This document shows positions 61,970 through 64,000 of a DNA stretch of 64,000 nucleotides, piece after piece; the first letter of the stretch is position 1, and the number at the start of each line of letters is the position of its first letter. The position numbers and the translations under genes were made by a program. The notes beneath the pieces were generated by a model. The model was not told the origin of the DNA and searched no databases. It worked only from the letters and a program-made list of their open reading frames with translations. The stretch covers positions 111,414,001 through 111,478,000 of the forward strand of contig JBITNC010000001.1 in NCBI GenBank assembly GCA_050084985.1, given 5' to 3'. The DNA comes from Nageia nagi (Eukaryota; Plantae; Pinophyta).

Positions 61970-64000
61970 ATTTCAATGAAATAAGTAAAATTATAGTTAA
62001 TGATCAGCAAAAATACACAATCTAAAGTCTGAAGTACTTCTAAACTACTTTTTGCTTTCCCTTAGACATCAAATATGTCCTCAAATTGGATGGTGGATGT
62101 GGAAGCAGCAAATCTTCAACATCAGCTTGAACCTCAGGTTTTCCTCAAGTTCCTAAGACTTTATAGTTTTATACCATCTACAACTATTGCATCTTCTACT
62201 GCATTCCTCTCAAACTGCTTGATTTTCTCCTCAATGAATATGGGTTCAACATCATCAACAACCCAATCCGCTAGTGGATCCATCCCATCGAGGTCAATGC
62301 AATTGTGAGACTATATCCCCTCCACTTATTTGATGTGAAGTTGAAAATTGTACTGCACAAATACAAGGTCATTAAGGTGTTCTTGGGTCATCTTGTTGTG
62401 CTTCTTGGTTTGTATACTCTTCAAATAATGACTAATTGCTCTCACACCCAAAAGCACTACAACCCTAACTCAAAATATGGACTGCTAGCCTTTGAATATT
62501 TGATGTTTGAGCACCATAATCATCCCACCACAATTCCTCAAAGGAACCAATCGCATATTACAAATTCAATCTAGATTCTATATTATCTAAATTATAAAAA
62601 TACCCTACTTTTATTGAATTTTAATGAGTTACCTAGCCACAAAGTTGTTCTCAACCAAATACAAAAAGTAAATCAAAAAACCCTCCCCTCAGCCTTTTTG
62701 TAGGTCTATAACTCATTCGGAATCGAATTTCCAATGTGACCATTAAATACCATCCTATCCATGCAAGTGTAGGGGCCATCCATAACCTCTTCATCAGGCT
62801 CAAATTTATCATTGAAAAAGAACTTGGAGTCCAAGTAAAACCTGTTACATGTAAGGGTCAAATTTGTACTTGTCTCTGTAATAAAACTTTTGGATAGCCT
62901 CCTTCAACCTATCCATCACCTCATATAGATAGCCCATTGCTTTTGGTCTCCATCTAAAAGGTGAAGAACCTTGACCAAATGTTTCTATCAACTAAAAATC
63001 ATAAAAAAATATTAGAAATTTAGATTTAGAAATTAAAAAAGTATAACTAAATGCATTTAAATTTAGAATTTAAATTACCTAGATGATATCCTTGGCACTT
63101 TTCCAAAAATAGTCATCATTATGTTAATAACCCTCTCCTCATCCTTCTTCTTGTGAAAGAAGACCCCAACCACCATTCACTCACAACGCTCTTTTACGAG
63201 GAGCTTGTGCAACCATAAAGCTTTGATATGCAATGAAGTTAGAGCTAAACCAAGTGGCTCCTAGGAGAATAATGTCCTTGCCACTAGTGTATTCTCCCAT
63301 CAAACTAAAAACCCATGTCTGGTTGTAGATAAATTTTGTAAAATGTTTTGCCTCTTCAACCACGTTCTTAACCCATGATAATTTGCCAATGTCCTCGAGA
63401 ATGAGTTCAATGCAATGAGTTGCACATAGGCTCCAAAATAAAGGGGGTACTTCTCCTTAAGAAGTATCCTCACAGCTATATATGTTGAGGCGTTGTCTAT
63501 CACTACTTGGACAATATTCTCAACACCCACTTCCAACACCACCTTCTCCAACAAATTGTAAAAAAATTGTGTTTTTACCTCTTAAGAGGCATCAACTAGC
63601 TTCAAAAAGACTATTGATTCACTTGAAGCCACAATGAAGTTGATAAATGTGATTCCTCATATCTTTTCACCCATCGAATAAAATGTTGCATCCATGTTTG
63701 TGCTAAATCTTCTTTTTGCTTTTCTACTAGGGCACATGAGTGAGCAACTACATCCTCAAGCACAACATAGATCAAATCCTGCAATAGTGGGCTTCATCCC
63801 TCTCCCAACTATGGTGAATGTTGTCACTATGGCCTCCCAATAAGGACTATTTGCAACATGAAAAGGAATGTTGCAATGATACCAAATGTTTGCAACTGTA
63901 GCTCTGGCTGCACTGGTCCAATTTTGCTTGATTTCCTCTCGGCCCTGGTTTTGAAAAAAATGGAAGCTTTTACAAGGCCAGGAACACAAAGGAAGGAAGC
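61970..64000 (-). pseudogene. third hAT transposase remnant with introns (5' part outside window)
   Basis: WYHCNIPFHVANSPYW, GVENIVQVVIDNAS and KFIYNQTWV..GATWFSS, plus a decayed dimerisation region near 62330-62530. Confidence 0.85.

Noticed and set aside
1-64000. rRNA, tRNA, organellar insertions or prokaryotic operons
   Set aside because: None recognised. Most short ORFs in the track are TE fragments or chance frames.

Overview
Eukaryotic plant genomic DNA. Very large TE-filled introns and heavy CG/CHG C>T decay suggest a gymnosperm-type genome (inference). The window lies inside one minus-strand host gene, a DHHC protein S-acyltransferase. Four confident exons (54926-55014, 29399-29482, 18124-18164, 9048-9113) splice in frame across introns of about 25.4, 11.2 and 9.0 kb, and the next intron runs off the left edge. 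The introns hold nested, mostly decayed TEs: three hAT transposase remnants, LINE remnants, Ty3/gypsy pol fragments, a decayed Ty1/copia-like element with LTR pair and TSD, and several TSD-flanked solo LTRs. Two structures stand out. (1) At 1-7307 is the 3' part of a copia-like LTR element with no pol in view. It carries an accessory-gene cassette: two tandem antisense paralogous ~188-aa ORFs with an N-terminal F-box-like motif, each with its own TATA box and a shared downstream stem-loop. It also carries a divergent coiled-coil ORF with a similar motif and two tandem-repeat arrays before the PPT/LTR. (2) At 35635-40746 is a TSD-flanked 5.1-kb TG...CA unit, apparently a giant solo LTR, that holds a ~1100-codon decayed ORF between two TATA boxes. 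Two more relatives lie in the window. All calls come from reading the sequence; no searches were run.
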